A DNA stretch of 55,019 bases, filler included, from Sphacelaria rigidula (taxonomy: Eukaryota), in the NCBI GenBank assembly GCA_964200075.2. It is 5 parts of 5 records of this genome, joined end to end, with 100 filler letters (N's around TTAATTAATTAA, not from the genome) between each part and the next. Parts side by side here need not be neighbours in the genome. Positions count along the whole stretch, not along the records: positions 33,073 to 43,996 come from CAXNAA020005668.1; positions 44,097 to 55,019 come from CAXNAA020005669.1; 3 more parts are not named here. One strand, 5' to 3'. The notes beneath the pieces are model-generated. The model did no database searches. It was given only the letters and a program-made list of their open reading frames with translations, and had not been told where the DNA came from. Numbering within the stretch: position 1 is the stretch's first letter; every line of letters starts with the position of its first letter. A program made the position numbers and the translations under genes. This document shows positions 38,763-51,439 of this stretch, one piece after another.

Positions 38763-41700
38763 TTTTATTTTTTTTTTTTTTAAAATTTTCGACACATCTA
38801 TTTAAACATAATATAGTCTAAGGGGGACAAGTANNNNNNNNNNATCTGTTTCGCTTGTATTTCCCACAAAATATAAGTGGGGTTTTTGTGAAGCCCCTTC
38901 CGTTTGCCCCTCTTTTTTTTTTTTTTCTCGTATGTTATTGGTGATCTGAATTTCGGAACAATTTTATGGTACAAAAGCGCCGACAACTCAATAGAAACAC
39001 AATAATGTCAAGGGGGAACAATACGGAGTTCAAAACAAACCTCATGCGCGTCGTGTCGAAATTTCGTGAAAAAAAAAGACTTGAAATTCAATAGCATGAC
39101 CGCGTTTCATTTTTTCGCGGCTGGTCCATCCCCACATAAGAACCAATCTTGGACACGAACATGCGATTTAGCAACTGAATTTCAGGTCGTTTTCAATGCA
39201 ATTTTGACACGATTTACAGGATGTATGTTCGAAGACGCCACCTTTTCCACCCTACATTTTGTTTTTTCTCCGTGACTTACCGGCGACCAAACATTTCAGA
39301 GCATTTTTTTGGAGCAAAATGGTAAAATGACTCCAAAAAGAAGAAAAAAAAATGTAGGGTGGAAAAGGTGGCGTCTTTGCACATACATCCTGTATATCGT
39401 GTCAAAATTGCAGTGTAAATGACCTGAAATTCAGCTGCTAAATCGCGTGCTCACATCTCTGTCCGCGACTTAGGCGGCCCAGCCTGTACTCGACCTGCTC
39501 AAAATTTGAGTGGAGTATTGAAGGCCGTACTCAACCTGCTCAAATTTTGAGTAGTGTATTTGTGGCCGTACTCGACCTACTCAAAATTTGAGTAGAGTAA
39601 ATCCTACTGTACGTTGCACCTTGAGTACTGTGTACTGCCGGAATGTAGTAGTGCTGACGTTCGCTCAAGACACCGACAGTTCTCTACAACATGTCATCAG
39701 TCCTCGTACTGCCACCTGCCTGGATAGCGTAGTAGCTTACCGCTCACGGCATGCTGCCCACTATGCTGCATTGACCAAAGCTGTCCTGCGCTCTACTGAT
39801 TCTGCATTGTACTTTACTGTAGAGTCGTAGTCGTTTCACCCACAGCCGGCAGCTCACGCTGGAATCCTGTCTTTAGCGTGGGAGCAAACCGGGTGAGCTG
39901 CCGAAATTGAGGTCGCACAGAGTTGCGTATTCGCCAGTGCCGTATGTGCACCTCAACGTGAGATTGGCTTCTGCCCAGCGAGCACCCATGGTAGATGTTA
40001 ATAGCGACAGCATCCAGTCTGCAACCAGAGATTACTTGCTCTTTCTCACAACGACAGCGCCAGACGAGCACCAGATCATGTGTTTTCGCTCCCTCAAACT
40101 GAGCGTTGGTGGCACTCGACACCACCCGACTTCCCAGACCCGCGGGATAGGGCAACCAACAACTCCCGCGGGACACAGGCAAAAAACATCTCCATTTTAT
40201 TATGTCTCTCACAACCTCTGGGATACAGTACACCGATGACTGACCGATAACCCAGCACCAAAGAGTTAGCTTGCAATGCTACCTTCACGGACCAGGGGTT
40301 GATTGCTACAGATCAGCAACAACAAAAAACCAAAACGCCTCATTGTATGCAGCATATATGCTTGGACGATGCCCGCAGCGGGAAAGTGTAGAGTTCGAGT
40401 AATGTGCCGAACGTTTGCTCTCTCAACCAAGCAAGCTGATTGCATATCATCAATAGGCATAATGCTAGCAAGTAAGTAATGCCAGGCGTGGAAGCCAAAT
40501 ATAACGATTGGAAAATGCCATCGTACTGGAGTGCAAGCCTGTATACCCACATATCAGCAGTCAGTATCTAACGACCGCGACGAGCCCGCTCACGTGAGTT
40601 CGTTTGTTCAAGAATGCTCGGTGGACACGAAACTATATACGTGGTATTTTTGTCGAACCCTAACCCTGCTACCTCTGACCCCATCCCAGGGCACGTCGAC
40701 ATTTGAAAACAGAGGTGAACAGGGTGCCCTAGGTAGACAGTACGTTTGATAAAGCTCAAACCGAACTGAGCACAACCGCGTGCTGCCCACGCTGGGAGCA
40801 CTGGAGAGGGTCAGCCAGCCCGACGAAATGTTGAAATTTCAACGTTGACACAAGAATCAAGCACGGATGTCTCAACGTCTCAACCGGACGTTTTCACGAG
40901 CTCGCCCAACGCCACACTCTCCGTTACTGTAGTACTTGCGGTACTACGTAGAGTGGGACAGAATGGTACCCCGTCCAAGCGTATCTCAAGCACCAACTGC
41001 AACAAAACAAAAAACATGTGTCAGGGGGCAGCGCGGAAAATTTTTTCGGACACAACAATGTTTTCGTGAGATTGAGCAGGGATGCCCATTACCCGGAATT
41101 ACCGGTAACATTTGTGTGGGGTAGGTAAGTAAAACCTACAAATGGAGTAATATTCGTATTTTGTTCTTGGTGTTTATTTTTGGCGTATTGGACTCTCCCC
41201 CATCACCCTCTTTTGTCTACCGGAGGTACGGTTTCCTCTTTTTCTTCCGAGAAAGTTCGTCCGACGGGAATCGAACCAGCGACTAGCTTCTGCAATGCTA
41301 TACAGGCGAGCGATCAGACTACAGTACAGTCAGTGCTGACTGTATGGTAGTCTAATCGGTTGCCTATAAATCGTCACAGTATATTACACTGTCCTTCGCG
41401 TGAATACAAGTAACATGGACAATAGTCGAATGAAAGGCAAAAACGAAAACAAAACGAAGCACGCTCCGTTTTCGAGGCACTAGCCTTTGGCGCAGTGCGC
41501 AGAAGGCAGAAGACAGCAGTGGGCCCACATGCGTCGGGATCGTTCTTTCTTTCCAATAGCACGGAAACAAAAATGAAAAATGTAAGAAGACGGGTAGGCA
41601 AAGACAAAAAGACAGCAGCAGCGGTAGTACCACCGGAGCATGAGCACATACAGGACATCTGGAGCCTGCTACACCAGCAGAGACAAAACAATCAGGGCGC

Positions 41701-43876
41701 AAAACCTCACAGCACCAAACATTGTATGAAACCCCGGGGACGGGACATGATTATCCCCTTTCGCCTGCGGTAATTACCCGTAGGTAACACCAAAAAAAGC
41801 TGGTTGCGGTAAATTACCGGTAGGTAACACCCCAAAACTGGGGTAATGGACAACATAAAGATTGAGTAGAGGATACGTTCGAGAGTGGAATGCGGTCAAT
41901 GGTGACACTGACTTGTGACACACGGCGGCTCCTGAGACAATTGCTTTACAGCTTCCAGTGTTCTACATGCAGCCACATACCACAAAAACGTGGCATACTG
42001 TGTACACCATGGTGAAGAAAGAGCCCGAGCTCGTTGTCGTTTGCGGTGTAAATATGCAACGCGCTTTCTCTCAAACGTACGCCTCGTACTTTGCTCAAAC
42101 GAAGTATATCAAGGCAGGGGCCCGATGTTCTTGATTGGAAACCTTACTATCGACAGGGGGTGAGGAGGTAGCGCCACCATGTGTCCTCTCATTCAACCTC
42201 CTACCGCTCATGTACTCTCCAGTCGATCTTTCTCTGCATGGGTCGTGTGCTTTCTCCCTGTGCAACACTCACCACGTTCACTCCGCTGGGGTTTTCTTGC
42301 TCAGACATGGTTTCTCGTGAAGATGAGTCTGTTACCCTTGCCCTGCTCTGCAGTGTAAAGGAAAAGTGGCTGCGGGCTCTTTCTCTTGCCTTCGCCGATG
42401 AGGTCACCTCCCTTCTGTTGTTGCTTTGGACGTTGCGCAAGCTTCGTTGCCAGGATATGTTGGCGCGTCGCTCGCCATCAAATCGACCAACGGTCGCTAA
42501 ACACTTCTTGTCATCTTCCAGGAAAATGGATAGGGCAGGGATCTCTAGGTTCGAAAAACTGAACCTCCCCCATGAATGTAAAGTCCCACTTTCAAGGACA
42601 CCCGAAAGTTGAAAAATAGTAGAGCACTTTGGTATCTCAATTGCGTGATCCTGGTGGGTCACACGCCTCTTTGCACGGTACGTGTACCTTACAGGCTACG
42701 GTACCGTCATCCTGGTGAGTTTTGCGGAGGCGAGCAGTTGTGGGTTTCGGGAAGCTGTGTACGGTGGTGGCTCCCACCAAATGTACGCCACAGGATCCTC
42801 GGAAATAACTCCACGAACTCAGGGTCGGCACAATATTCACTGAATAGCATCCTCGGTCCCCCACCACCCGAAAAACACCAAACTGCGACTTTAGGTGCCT
42901 TAGCGTCTCCTTTCGGATCTGTGGAGCCTCCTGGGCAGGGGGGGTTTTCGATGGCACGATCCTTGATTCTTCCATATCTACAAATCCCTACCGTTTTGGT
43001 TTGCGTGTTTGGTTCTCCATGCGTGTCTTCTTTCCACTTCACGTCCACGTTTCGAATCAGCACCTCGTGACAGGCACCTGATAGACTGATTGCACCGAGA
43101 TGGCAGTGTGCCGCTCGAACTGCAAACTCGACTCAGTAGTGGCGTGGCGTTGACATGCCCCACTATATATTTATATCGCATTGCGCGCCGACCATCACAT
43201 GCAACCTACACGGTGGTAGACGCAATCGGGTTCATCTTCACTCGCCTACCGCCCCTTCCTCCGACTGCCGATGCCTACTTCTGTTCACAAGTGTTTTCGA
43301 CAGCGCGACGACTGATGAGTGCAACTGTCTATAGCAACCTCTTCGCCACATTGATTTGCTTAGCATTTGATTGAGAGTTGATTTCATGATTCTCTTTGAC
43401 TTCATCACTTACCCGACATATGTTTGTTCGTCTGTAACAACGTCGTGTGCTTACAGCTACACGTCGATACCCTACTCCGGGATATCAGAGCCTTCAGTGG
43501 CAAGCTAGCTACCACTGTACAGACAGCGTGTACCGTCACGTCTCGAGGGGTATTCCGGCAGTGAAATCGTCTCCGGCGCTTATTGACCATCCCTGGGAAT
43601 ATGGACTTCTAGCTTTGTGCTGATTGACGAGGCCCATACAATAAATATTTACGTTGTGTTCATCCCGCGGTTGAGAGCTTTCATTCCCGTCGCTCCTCGA
43701 CTGGATCGGCGAAGTGTTCCCCAAGAAATACCGATCGATAAATGGAGTCGGATTTCCGTTCCTTCGGGGTATCGCTCTTGATGGCATCCTAGGCATTCCA
43801 TCTGGTAACGAGGTTGTTCTGTGAGCAGATATGCTCTGATCGGTATGAAAAGGAATCCTCCATCTCCACGTGTGAT
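37455..43876 (-). CDS. Possible further multi-exon gene of unknown function (scattered candidate exons)
   Basis: Open, splice-bounded segments at about 43876-43540 and from about 42978 are phase-compatible (..IPLET|YGRIKDRAIENPPCPGG..LFSEYCADPEFVELFPRILWRTF). Further open segments lie at about 42590-42200, 40130-39952 and 37733-37455. No recognisable domain, and the full model is not resolved. Confidence 0.3.
37881..39600. repeat. About 41-bp palindromic minisatellite (AAAATTTGAGTAGAGTATTTGAGGCCGTACTCAACCTACTC), about 8 units, split by the 38170-39486 insertion
   Basis: Units read directly at about 37942-38169 and 39487-39599; the block begins CAGGTCGAGTAGAGTATA. Confidence 0.85.
38170..39486. 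mobile_element. Non-autonomous Tc1/mariner-type element inserted in a minisatellite unit
   Basis: TIRs CAGGCTGGGCCGCCTGAGGAGCGGAC versus (rc) CAGGCTGGGCCGCCTAAGTCGCGGAC, with a TA TSD (38168-69, 39487-88). Excision restores the host unit GAGGCCGTACTCGACC. Contains a 10-N gap. Confidence 0.88.
41077..41858. mobile_element. hAT-type non-autonomous element carrying a SINE head
   Basis: Perfect 8-bp TSD AGATTGAG (41069-41076, 41859-41866); degenerate TIR sharing CCATTACCC; subterminal ATTACC/GGTAA motif clusters. Confidence 0.75.
41256..41337 (-). mobile_element. tRNA-derived SINE head / tRNA-like pseudogene
   Basis: B-box GGTTCGATTCC on the - strand (41277-41267) in a T-arm-like stem. The A-box and acceptor stem are degenerate and no clean cloverleaf forms. 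Confidence 0.55.
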
Positions 43877-43996
43877 CTAGTTATCTTCCTTTCATGCACC
43901 GAGTTTGATATTGTTGTAGTACTCACATGGTGGTCATACTACTCTCCTTGTGTCACCTGTCTTTTCCTGGTTCTTGTCCTTCAATATCTTCTCTCT

Positions 43997-44096
43997 NNNN
44001 NNNNNNNNNNNNNNNNNNNNNNNNNNNNNNNNNNNNNNNNTTAATTAATTAANNNNNNNNNNNNNNNNNNNNNNNNNNNNNNNNNNNNNNNNNNNN
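43997..44096. other. Artificial contig linker
   Basis: Same N44-TTAATTAATTAA-N44 structure. Confidence 0.98.
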
Positions 44097-44174
44097 TAGG
44101 AACGGTGCTCTGTCTCGAAAGGGATGCGTGGTCAATGGTCAAAAGAGTAAGGCAAAGCAACAAATGAGTACGCC
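44097..44174 (-). repeat. About 85-bp dispersed repeat, copy 3
   Basis: Reverse complement of copy 1, starting exactly at the contig end (TAGGAACGGTGCTC...). Confidence 0.9.
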
Positions 44175-45544
44175 TCCATCCCCCCCCCCCCCCCCCGAAG
44201 AACCCGAGCCATGTCTCAGCCCTGTCGTTCGTATTTTGCTTCCTCGAAGGTCGGGTTTTCGTGAAATTGAAAGAGTGAGGGCACCGAAAACACGACAACC
44301 CGTTCATTTTCACTTCTGGTTTTATTTCGATGTGCGAGAGAATTGTCGTGATTCAGCCCAGTGAAGTGTCGTGATCTCGTCTCTCTACTGCCCCGGCCGC
44401 ACTGAAATCAAGTAACGATCGCACTACACTAAAATCACGTGCGTGTCAACTCTACACTTGAGTCAAGGAATGAGAGGAGTCCATATTGACATGAAGAGGT
44501 CAGTGAAGGTCTGCCGCCTGGTATCCCCCTCCGCACACACACATTTTGGATGTTACTACCGTTTGGGGCCGTTGCTTCATGTAGAAAAATAGATTCGCCC
44601 GCGGCAAGAAAGGGGCGATCTCATCTTGAGACAAGACGCCCGTCTACCCTTCCGTCATGCCACTAGTGGGTGTGCGTGTGCAAACTGTGTAGTGGTGCGT
44701 TCCTGCCTGGAGTAATGTATGGTCACGTACCTTGCCGAAGGGTCTGTACATGCGTACGTTTATTGTCGCACATTGTACAAGCGCTTGCCATCGGCGACAG
44801 TAGAACTTCAGCAGAAGTGCCGTTCCACCACCTGCTCTTCCGCCTCGACGGCTTACCGTCGATCTCGGGTCACTCGCGTGCACGACTACTTCAGAATTTT
44901 GGCGTGCGCTCGATGACGACATTATTTCCTCGCTTGCATTCGATGCACCCGATTCTGTTGGTCGGGGTAAGGACTGTCGGTCGCTGGCCAACTCGCGAGC
45001 TGAACCTCGCATGAAGAAGCCGGAATTCGTTAGGGCATCAGAACACACGTACGTTCAAAATTGTGGTATCTCGTTGATCTGCAATGGTTCGAGACGGCTG
45101 AAGGTAGGTCGGGGGGCATGAGATCATCGCATGGGGTGTTTATAAGGATGGGCTGGGATGAGGTTTTTGAGGAGTTTTGTTTTCTCTATATTTTGTTTTT
45201 CAGGAGCAGAACAAGGATGGGTTGGGGTGTTTTTCCTTGTGGGTTGTATTTCGTTGCTGCTGTGGGTTCTCCTGGACAAGGGCAAAACTGATATGGCATT
45301 TCAGCCCCTTCCAATTCGTCACGAGCAGATGATTTTTTCACCAGGCCCAGGTGCGGTACACTGGTAGTGCGTTCAGGTTCAGGTTTGGGGGAAAAATAAG
45401 AACTCAGGTGTACAGTACTCGTGGCCTTTCCAACCACGACTATGTATGCAGGGATTTTGGCGAATCACATGGCCTAAAATTGAACTGAGGCGTTCGTATC
45501 GTGATGGAGCTCTTACCTGTTCGTGGCCGGAAAACTTTCAAGAG

Positions 45545-45820
45545 CAGGTAGGGCAGGGTATACCCGAGACTCGGTATTTTTTTTCACTCCTACTCTTAGT
45601 TCCCAAAAATTGTTTAGATTAGTTGAGACCGTTCCCAACCTACCCAAAATTCGGGTAGAATATTTGAGGTCATACTCAATCTACCCAAACTTCGGGTACA
45701 GTATTGGACGTCATACCCAGTCAACCCGAAATTTGGATAGAGTATCTAAGGGTAGACCCAATATACCAAAACTGCGGGTATAACTCTAGCATTCAAGTTC
45801 ATACCCAAGATACCCAAACG
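45545..45820. repeat. Variant of the 41-bp palindromic repeat (TACCC/GGGTA form); further blocks at about 46305-46530 and 48850-48989
   Basis: Units such as TACCCAAAATTCGGGTAGAATATTTGAGGTCATACTCAATC. Terminal CAGGTAGGGCAGGGTATA at 45545 and the inverted TACCCTACCCGACCTG ending at 48989. Confidence 0.75.
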
Positions 45821-48800
45821 GCCTGTACAACACGGACCACGCGGGCCTCTTTTGGGGTCAGGTCTATCACTCCTGACCCCGTTGCGCCGTTTCTCTGTTG
45901 TTTCCCCTCGCGACTGTTGCGGCTTTCCCACATCTTTCACCGTTTCCGCCCCTGGGTCTCCCATAGAGGAGTCAGATATGCGGCCCGTAGAGTCGCTCAC
46001 TTTTACAATACCTAACCGACTACCCGTCTACTCGGTTACCCAACGATACTGAGCAGCGCTTTGCACTGAAACTGATATCGAAGACGATGCGAAGTATAGG
46101 TTTGGGTATTGGTATGTACTGCCGGGGGTGAGGCACGTAGGTTCATGCACCTGCACGCTTTCTTTTTCTGTTTTTCATGGCCACAGTTCGCTCATACTCA
46201 TTGTAGCCTGTGACGTGACGTCACTCATCTCATTGATGGCCATCGTCCGCCCATACATTCGACACAGTCTGTGAAGAAACGTCACGAAGTCGACAATTGT
46301 TACGGTTACTCATCATACCCAAGTGATACTCTACACATGAGTATTACTGAGATGACTAACCCAATATTGGGTCAAGTATTTGAGGTCATACCCAGTCTAC
46401 CCAAAATTTGGGGAGAGTATTTGAGGTCATACCCACGTGATTTTCTTTACCTAGGTATTGCCAAGAGTACTTACCCAATAACTGAGTAGAGTATTTGAGG
46501 TCGTACTCAAACTACGCAAAATTCGGGCAGATCACAGATTGCTCTGCTTTGCATTGCGCTTCCATTTTTCTTTCCTTATTTTCCTTTGTAATGATGGGAA
46601 AGGAGCATAATGAGAAATCATGCGCCGTTCTAATCTAGCAAGCTACGGTGAGAAATAAGTGATAACGCGACGGTAAAACAGCACGCGAACAGACCAGCGA
46701 CTTCAAGGAGGGCGGCAGTCACGCGCAAGGGTGTACACGGTTTGAGAGAGCTCAGTTTAAGTGCCGGTTTAAGAGACGTAAAAAAAGCTTGGGACATCAC
46801 TCTCTTCATCCAAACCCTGGTTTTTCTCAAACTGGATCCATTCTCTTGAACCGAGCTCTTTTTTCTCTTAAACCGGATCCGCCCCCAACCCCCCCGCTCG
46901 TTTACTGCACAGTACTGTAGCCCGAAAAACAACATCTTAGTACGTTCGGCAGTTGAAACACACCAACAGCTTCAAGCTCCACTGACTACAAGCAAGATGC
47001 CTTGCGCGGTGGGTATTACAACAGTGTTTGTACGGCAGTATTACAGCAGAGAGGTGCAACATGGCGGAGGTGTCGTACCATCTTCGTAAGGCCAAGCTAG
47101 CCTGGATGAACGAGTTTGGGTCAAGAGAAACAAAACAAACTTGCATGGCAGACTTCATGTAGCGTTGCAGAAGCTGCCGATGAGCACATGTAATATCTGT
47201 TGCTGGGTAGGACGAGTTTATAGGTACTTGGGCTTCACTGGTGGTGAGAGAATCACTTGTACAGCAGTACAGAGTACAGTACAGTATGTGTGGTTTTCTG
47301 TCTTTAGGTCAGCAGAGCCACGTTTCAGCTGACTGCATGTACATACTAAAATGTAATTTGCTTTGGTGGAATCCTCCATGTGCTGCTCTGTTTTGTGGGG
47401 ATGTGTACAAAGGACAATCTCACGTATCATGAGCCAATGCCCCTTCACCCCTTGGCTTGTATAGGACGAGTTCACCGATCAAACACGACCGTCTTGTGAC
47501 AGACGTTTTCGAGACAGAACCCAAGGCATGCCCGACGCTGCTGGTCCTGGTATCCAAATTTCCGTACTCTCTCGTTCTAGCACGATGTCAGGTACGCCTT
47601 CCACTGCAGATGCGTTGGTATGTGACGGCCACAACTGCTGCTGTTCGTGTTCTTGTCTTGTTATATTTGCAATGGTGGATAACGTGGGGTGGCAGCTCGG
47701 GGGCGTTCGCTTCCCGAGTAGTACAGCAGCTGAACACTAGTGCACCAAGAGTCTCCACCCACTGATCCCACCCACTAACCTGGAGCGAGTTATCCGGAGG
47801 GACAACATCACTTCAACACCGAGCACTCCCAGGCTTGAAGATACGTACCATGTTTATATAGTACATTTCATATGAGCCAGGTCGTTGTTTTTAGGTGACG
47901 CGTGTACTTTTGGCTCACCTCTCAGATAGGGGTCACTCAAAGTGCAATGAAGTAGCTTCGCGTTTTTGATTGACAGCTGCACAGTCGTCATGTGATCGTT
48001 TCGGCTCTGTGTACAGCACTTTGATCTCACCCCACTTCTGTGCAGACCGAAACACAGCATGCAGCAATACAATTGTTCACGCACCTTTTCAGCAAACATC
48101 ACACGGTGATCGTCGTGTAGTGTGTAGATGCACAACGGCACAGCGACGACTACAGCGAAAAAATGATGGGTGTGGGAAGCGCCTTGTTCGTTTGACTAGA
48201 GTGTCTAGAGACCGCTGCGTGCCGACAGCATTATTTCTCGAAGCGAACACCATGACAGAAGTAAAGCGACTCAGGCAGTCAGTCCCGGCGGATACCAAGC
48301 CGTCTCCGAAACGGCCTGGAGACACCACAGCGCAGCGACAGCTGCAGCGCAAGAGACGGCGCATGAGTGTGTTTGTGCTGCGGCACAGTGGTACAGGACA
48401 TATCCCATGCGATAGCTCTTCCCCTGATTTCGGATGGGCTCGATTTTGGCAGAGAGGCGGTTTTCAAACGCTGGGCCACTTTATTTCACCTTGAGTCATC
48501 TCCCTGCTTGCTGCTCTGCCTTGCCTGTTGCGGGACCGGATGATCAGCGGTACGGTAGCTCCCTCGCGGGATTGGATGATACACCATCGTTGTACTACAA
48601 TTTGTCTGCTGTCTGCTGTGCGGTATCTGTGTGTACAGTAGGTTCTAAAAAGCACAACACTGTAGGCGTGTTCAGGTTCTTTAAAGTAACACTGCAAACA
48701 CTGCAGGACTGTGTTGTGTTCAGCGTACTACCCTGTACTGCATATCATGGGGTCACGTTTTGGGCAGTTTTTAAAACGTTCTGCTTGTTTTTCTGTCACA

Positions 48801-49329
48801 GAAGTCCAATGCCGAATGTGGAATGGCCTGAGACAACAACCAATTCGAAAATTGGGATTTGAGGCCGTACCTAATTTACCGAGAATTTGTGTAGAACATT
48901 GAGGCCGTACCCATTCTACCCAAAGGTTGGGTAGGGTGAATATCCGGGCGTGTTACCCGAGTATTCAGAGTACATACCCTACCCGACCTGTCGTTGAAAA
49001 CTTGGTTCATTCCAATGTTGTCCTTAATGAAAAAAACGATGTTTTAGTCCAATACCCGCGTAAAATAGGCGTTGAACAGGATATGAGTCAAGTCCAGCTG
49101 CAAAGGGCACGCAGTTTACACGGGGCGCGCGCCCCAGACGAAAGTTCACCGGCCTAACTAGCGGCACCACCGGGAAGCTGTGTTCAAGGTCGGACCATGG
49201 ATGCTATTGTTATTTGTCGCTCCAAAGATGATAGTTTCTCGCGATCGGTGGTATTGATGCTGCTGCTCTGTTGTGACTCCATGCGGCCTCAACGGTACGC
49301 CGATGGCGGCGGCCACGCTGTACGATCAG

Positions 49330-49363
<34 letters not shown>

Positions 49364-51439
49364 ACCCCCCCCCCCCCCCCCCCACCACCACCCACNNNNN
49401 NNNNNGGTATTTATGCGGCTTCTCTTTTGTGCCCCCCCCCCGCCTCCACGGGCCCCCGAGGGGGGCGGCCCCCCCGGACCATCCCCCCCCCCCCCCCCCC
49501 CCCCCACGATGCGCACGGGGTAGCACATCTTGTACACATGAAAAACAATTATTTCGATTGCTGCCCGTCGCAAAATTAACGACACGATTGACTGCAAGCA
49601 TACATGGTGGCACAATCGGACTGGTTGAAATTTGAAAAACTGCACCCCGGTCTCCGGAGGTTACAGTATATAAAAACTTGAATGAACAGCATGGATGCTG
49701 TCTGTACGATACAGACGATACAGACAGTACAACATATGACACTAAAACAGTAACTTGTGCTGTATCTTGCGAACGTCGAGAACTACCGTTTTCGGTGGTT
49801 ATACAAGAACTTTGACGATGCAAATCTTCACTCTGCCTCCGCGATCAGACGTGAAAGTTGGCACACCGGTTCAACGTAACACAAGCAGCAAGTACGCCAA
49901 GCGGCGCCGCGTGGCGAGGCAATAGCAAAACCAAAAGGCTCGATTCTGTGTTCGGGAAGAATCGATGTTTTGTGCAGGAGTCGGAGGAATTTTCCCAGAT
50001 GTATAAAATATAATGGTTGCAGTACCTAGCAGCCATTTCAGAACACATTAGCCGGCAAGATTGCCTGCGTGATGAGTCAGGTGAGACATTTTAGTGTGGG
50101 AGGAGCACTAAGGTACAAGGACAAGTGCATCCACGGCAAAGTGACAAAAACGGTGTCTGGATGGGAGTCGAGGTCTGGGAGGTCTGGGAGACGGGTGTGA
50201 TGCGACCATCAGTTGGTGACAGGATCGCGAATCGATGTTCTCTGAGTTTTTTTACGGAGCACAAGCGACGTCACCAAATCACGAAATAAGGATGGCATCA
50301 CCGAATCACGAAATCAGGCCGCCGGGGCGGGCGGACAGGGCAAACGCAAGGTTAGTGGGAGAGAGCCAACACATTCCACATGTCTACCCTCTCATAAGGA
50401 TCCCATATCTACGTCCATAGAGTTCACATGCGGGGGTAGTTCTGCGTCAATTCCAGGCGTTAGCAGTTCTTCACCGGCAAGGCGGATCGGGTCTAGTTCA
50501 ACCGAGGTTAGTGCTGCGGGCCTTTGATACCTCGGAAAATCACGTTGGATAATCAGGTTGGTGAATTGAGCGACTGTCTCGACAACGCGGGCAACCGCGT
50601 CGATCCAATAGAGACTGAACTGGACGATACCAGTGCAGATGTAAAAAGCTTGGCGATGCAGTGACGCAGCTCGCGAACAACGCGGCGGTTCGTCTGGTGG
50701 AGGAAGTGTTGAACCGAGGAGGTGTTGAACCGGCTGGCCTCCCGGCGCTGGCTCTATTACACCAGGGGCTCCAGCAGGTTGCATGTATCAGACGATGTGA
50801 CACCGGCGTAGCTACGCCGACCGGCCGTGGTGCCGTCAGGCCGGCCGGCTGCACGATTAGGGTAGCCTGGCGCGCTAGCCGGACGCTAAGGCGGCACGAC
50901 GAAGTTGCAGGTCCGGGACGGCATGGCGAATTTTGCAGGCGCTGGCTGGGATGGTGGTGGATACTGCAAGTCCGGTTTGCCGGTCGTAATGCTCGTTCCC
51001 GCTGGAGGTGGCGCGTGGCGCTCTGGGGCGGCAGCAGAGGCGACTGCCACAGTGAGCTGCTGATACCTGGTTCCATGGCTCACCTTTATTCTGGGCATCA
51101 GGACAGAGGGGAGGCATCCGTGTTCAGGCTTTTTGGAGTCGGGCTCGTCCGATATGCCATTTCGCGGTCGTCTGCGAGAACGTGGTAGGGATATTTGTTT
51201 GTTAAGAATGCGTTGATAGGATTGAAGCGTAACTGCGCTGTGATGGAAACAAAGCAACGACTTTGGCGGCTGGTGCATCGTCGGTGCTTTGGGATTGGGA
51301 ACGCTTGTCCCTTGCATGGGGCCCGGGTGACCACGTGTTGTGGTTGGGTTTCTGTGCCTCCTCTTCTTTTTGAAGAGATCACACGGGATGTATACTCATC
51401 CCGTTTCGTTCTCATTACCCAGTAAACTTGTGCGTAAAA

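Noticed and set aside
37881..39600. CRISPR-like regularly spaced palindromic repeats
   Set aside because: Units are head-to-tail without unique spacers, are degenerate, have no cas genes nearby and sit in a eukaryotic TE context.
49197..49823. Poly-Pro/poly-Gly ORFs (formin/extensin-like)
   Set aside because: They derive from poly-C runs around a 10-N gap; low-quality sequence.
50392..51188. Overlapping 130-178 aa ORFs on both strands
   Set aside because: GC-rich with no domain signature, and the most protein-like frame contains stops. Probably a decayed TE or pseudogene, so not assigned.
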